Shown here: positions 31,130 through 33,434 of the stretch, one piece after another
Layout of the letters: each line of letters opens with the position of its first letter
Position numbering within the stretch: the stretch's first letter is position 1
The notes under the pieces: model-generated
Databases searched by the model: none
What the model was told of the DNA's origin: nothing
The model's input: only the letters and a program-made list of their open reading frames with translations
Made by a program: the position numbers and the translations under genes
DNA from: Polymyxa betae A26-41
Taxonomy: Eukaryota; Protista; Endomyxa: Phytomyxea
DNA length: 33,434 nt
Assembly: GCA_003693705.1 (NCBI GenBank)
Contig: RBZT01000800.1
Location: forward strand, 1-33,434
Direction of reading: 5' to 3'

Positions 31130-31783
31130 CAGGGGTCGGGAGAAAATAATTCCTGGTCAGGAATTCTTCTTATTCACTCCTGAGATAGATTATTTTTCGA
31201 GTTTCCCAATGGGGGAATTATTCAGGGAAGGTTGTTCTATAAAAGGAATTATTCATGGATACGGAAGAATAATTTTCAAACTATTCCTAATCGGATTGTG
31301 TTAGGTCGGAGTGGAAATAAAGAGAGAAATGAGAAGCGGAAGGAGATAGATGTTTGGTTCTCGGCAAAGTGTGGTGCTTTAAAGAGTCAAAGACACAGAA
31401 AGATGAATGGAATGAGACCTTCCAAGTATATTAGAATATTAATAGGAGAAAGAGTCACAAGAGCAACATCAAATTGGTAGAGGCTACAATTTGAGTGTCG
31501 CGTCCGCGGATAGACAGTGCATGACGACCATGTTAGGAGGCCGCGACCAGTCTTGAGCGACTACGGCGTGAGACCGGTCGCATACCGCCACGACCTTGTG
31601 CCAAGTTGTTGGGGCACTACTCGAAGGCAGATAAAGTGGCCGGATTCCGTTAGGGTTAGGGTTGGGGATTGAGAATATTATTTTTAGTAATTCAGTCGCA
31701 CGGAAAAAGGTCAGGAAATATTCCCTCTCGGTTTTAGCAAGGAATTTAATCACGAATACGGAGTAATATTTTCCCGAACCCTG
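31130..31783. mobile_element. Non-autonomous TIR element (hAT-like MITE), copy 2, inverted relative to 3259-4009
   Basis: Termini CAGGGGTCGGGA..TTCCCGAACCCTG; subterminal ~160 bp at each end match copy 1; ttagggttagggtt at 31650-31663. Confidence 0.78.
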
Positions 31784-32379
31784 CCCCAAACCCTAAGTAC
31801 CCTTGGCCGAAACTGACACAAAAATATTTTTACACTGCAAAATTTTCATTTCAACGATTCTGACACAGATCTTGATGATATAACACAACATCTAACTTGT
31901 AATTTCCTATCACTTTGTTTATTGTCTTTTCTGGATATTGACAGCTCAATTATGTAAGATAGAGCAGGAATTGCAGCATTTGACTCTTCCCGGCTCGATT
32001 ATAGAATTACGTAAATCCAGCTAGACAGACGGGAGAATTTGCAGCGTTCGGCATTATTTCAAGAACAGAATCGAGATTTTGCTGACTGCATTTCAGAATA
32101 CTTATTATCGCTGCTCAAAACGTGCGATATCCGATGCGGATTTGCGACAAAATCAGCAAACACAGCATACAATCATGATTTGATAGGAACATGATTGGGA
32201 TTGTAGCATCGATATTAAAGCGTATTTGGATTGCAGTCTGTCTAACAGTGACGCACACTTGCTCCGGAATCTCATTTCATTTATGAGTCCCGACCACGGA
32301 CTAACATTGAGTGTTCGTTTATATTGTCATTGCAGAGCTCTCGTACTCGTGCTAAAACCCTAACCGCGGTTCACGTACG

Positions 32380-32691
32380 TTACACATAGTCGTGGGTATT
32401 CCCGGCAGCGACGTCGAATACATCGTCCTCTATTAGGGACTTGGCTTGGATGTGTTTGCCTTGGCGATGATCTACCAGCTTGGAGTTTTTCAAGAAATAT
32501 TCGGCCCATGTGCGGACCTTTATAGCCAAAATTTGCAGACTGCTTAACAAAAAGGTTTCTTGAGCAGACTCCAGCGACGTCTGAATTTTGCGTCGCGGAT
32601 TTTGAAGCCCCCGTAAAGTTCTGTTCCAAAGCACAAAACTCTGCAAATCGCAGTTGCTTATCGACAGTGCGCCCTTCCGGCGCTTTGCCAA
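32380..32691 (-). mobile_element. N-terminal fragment of a Tc1/IS630-like transposase
   Basis: VRTWAEYFLKNSKLVDHRQGKHIQAKSLIEDD resembles the R.W...F.....L...QGKH....SLI.DE segment I recall upstream of the DDE domain in the family whose C-terminus is at 6930-7120. Recognised from memory, not from a search. Confidence 0.55.
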
Positions 32692-33434
32692 CCTGGACGA
32701 CTATGGATTGGATTGGATTGGATTCGACTAGTTCGCTGATTTATGGTCTCCAAAACGCATGGCTGGAAAATGGGACGACTATTAGGTAGACGCTAATCGA
32801 GCTCGTCATCGCTACAGAAATTAGAATCTTCTGTATTGCTGGCGGCACCATCGATTGATTTCTAGACAGTTTGCGACCTAACAATTGCTCGTGGGTTTTT
32901 CCGCATTCCATAGAAACAAACCGGAAATCTCATCTACAAAACAGCTTCTATTTTGCGGTCAGTCCCATCAAATAGAAGCGAAAAATGGAGAGTTTCGCTA
33001 GCGGTGTTTTCACGGCAATTGGAATATTTTGCGGATATCTCACCCTTCCCACTATGGGTCCCCGACCTGACGACCCAGTCTATTGGCGACCTTGCTGAAA
33101 TATGCGTAAACACAAGTAAAAAAAGTGCGTTTCCAAAATTTGTTGCGATCTGAGTTAGTTTGCGAGTTTTGCGGAAGGTTTGCGGTTTGCTGTTAGGTTC
33201 CTATCTCTTTGTCTGGCAGTGACAGTGGACCATGTCCAGAACTGTCGCTAACCGACAATTCTCTCGCGAGCCTCATGGCCCAAGTTCGTCAAATGTGAGA
33301 ATCGATTCTCCGAACCCACATTCGTGCAAACGAAATCAGACATCGAAATCGTACAAGTTGAATTCAAGCAATGGTGTATTGATTATTTATTGCATTAATA
33401 AAGCATCATCTCACTAGCAATAAATTATATTCAA

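Noticed and set aside
3259-31783. A giant 28-kb composite element bounded by the two inverted MITE copies
   Set aside because: The copies are substantially diverged, each has its own two TIRs, and no shared outer TSD is present.
1-33434. CRISPR arrays, rRNA or prokaryotic operon/defence systems
   Set aside because: No regularly spaced repeats or rRNA motifs were seen, and the sequence is intron-containing eukaryotic DNA.

Overview
Eukaryotic nuclear DNA: short GT-AG introns, AATAAA signals and a Pol III tRNA gene. The style resembles a compact parasitic protist such as a plasmodiophorid, but this taxonomy is only a guess. The first ~16 kb is dominated by transposable elements. It holds the intact-looking 5' end of a Ty1/copia element with a half-tRNA primer site, two decayed RNase H-type LINE copies plus a third fragment, and nested hAT, Tc1/mariner and solo-LTR insertions and MITEs. 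Interleaved are small candidate surface or secreted genes: a spliced 75-aa signal-peptide + GPI peptide missed by the ORF track, a signal-peptide + F-box pseudogene, and a membrane-anchored repeat protein. A tRNA-Pro(AGG) carries a non-canonical U53:A61 pair. The most striking feature is a tandem pair of spliced genes at 21246-26470 and 27450-30332. When phase-compatible exons are joined by hand, each encodes two Myb/SANT-like domains, a SIM-like motif, a long low-complexity tail with basic clusters (two AT-hooks in gene 1) and a C-terminal CaaX box (CLLQ* and CLIQ*). These are candidate prenylated, membrane-tethered chromatin-binding proteins. All gene models are manual and have no transcript support.
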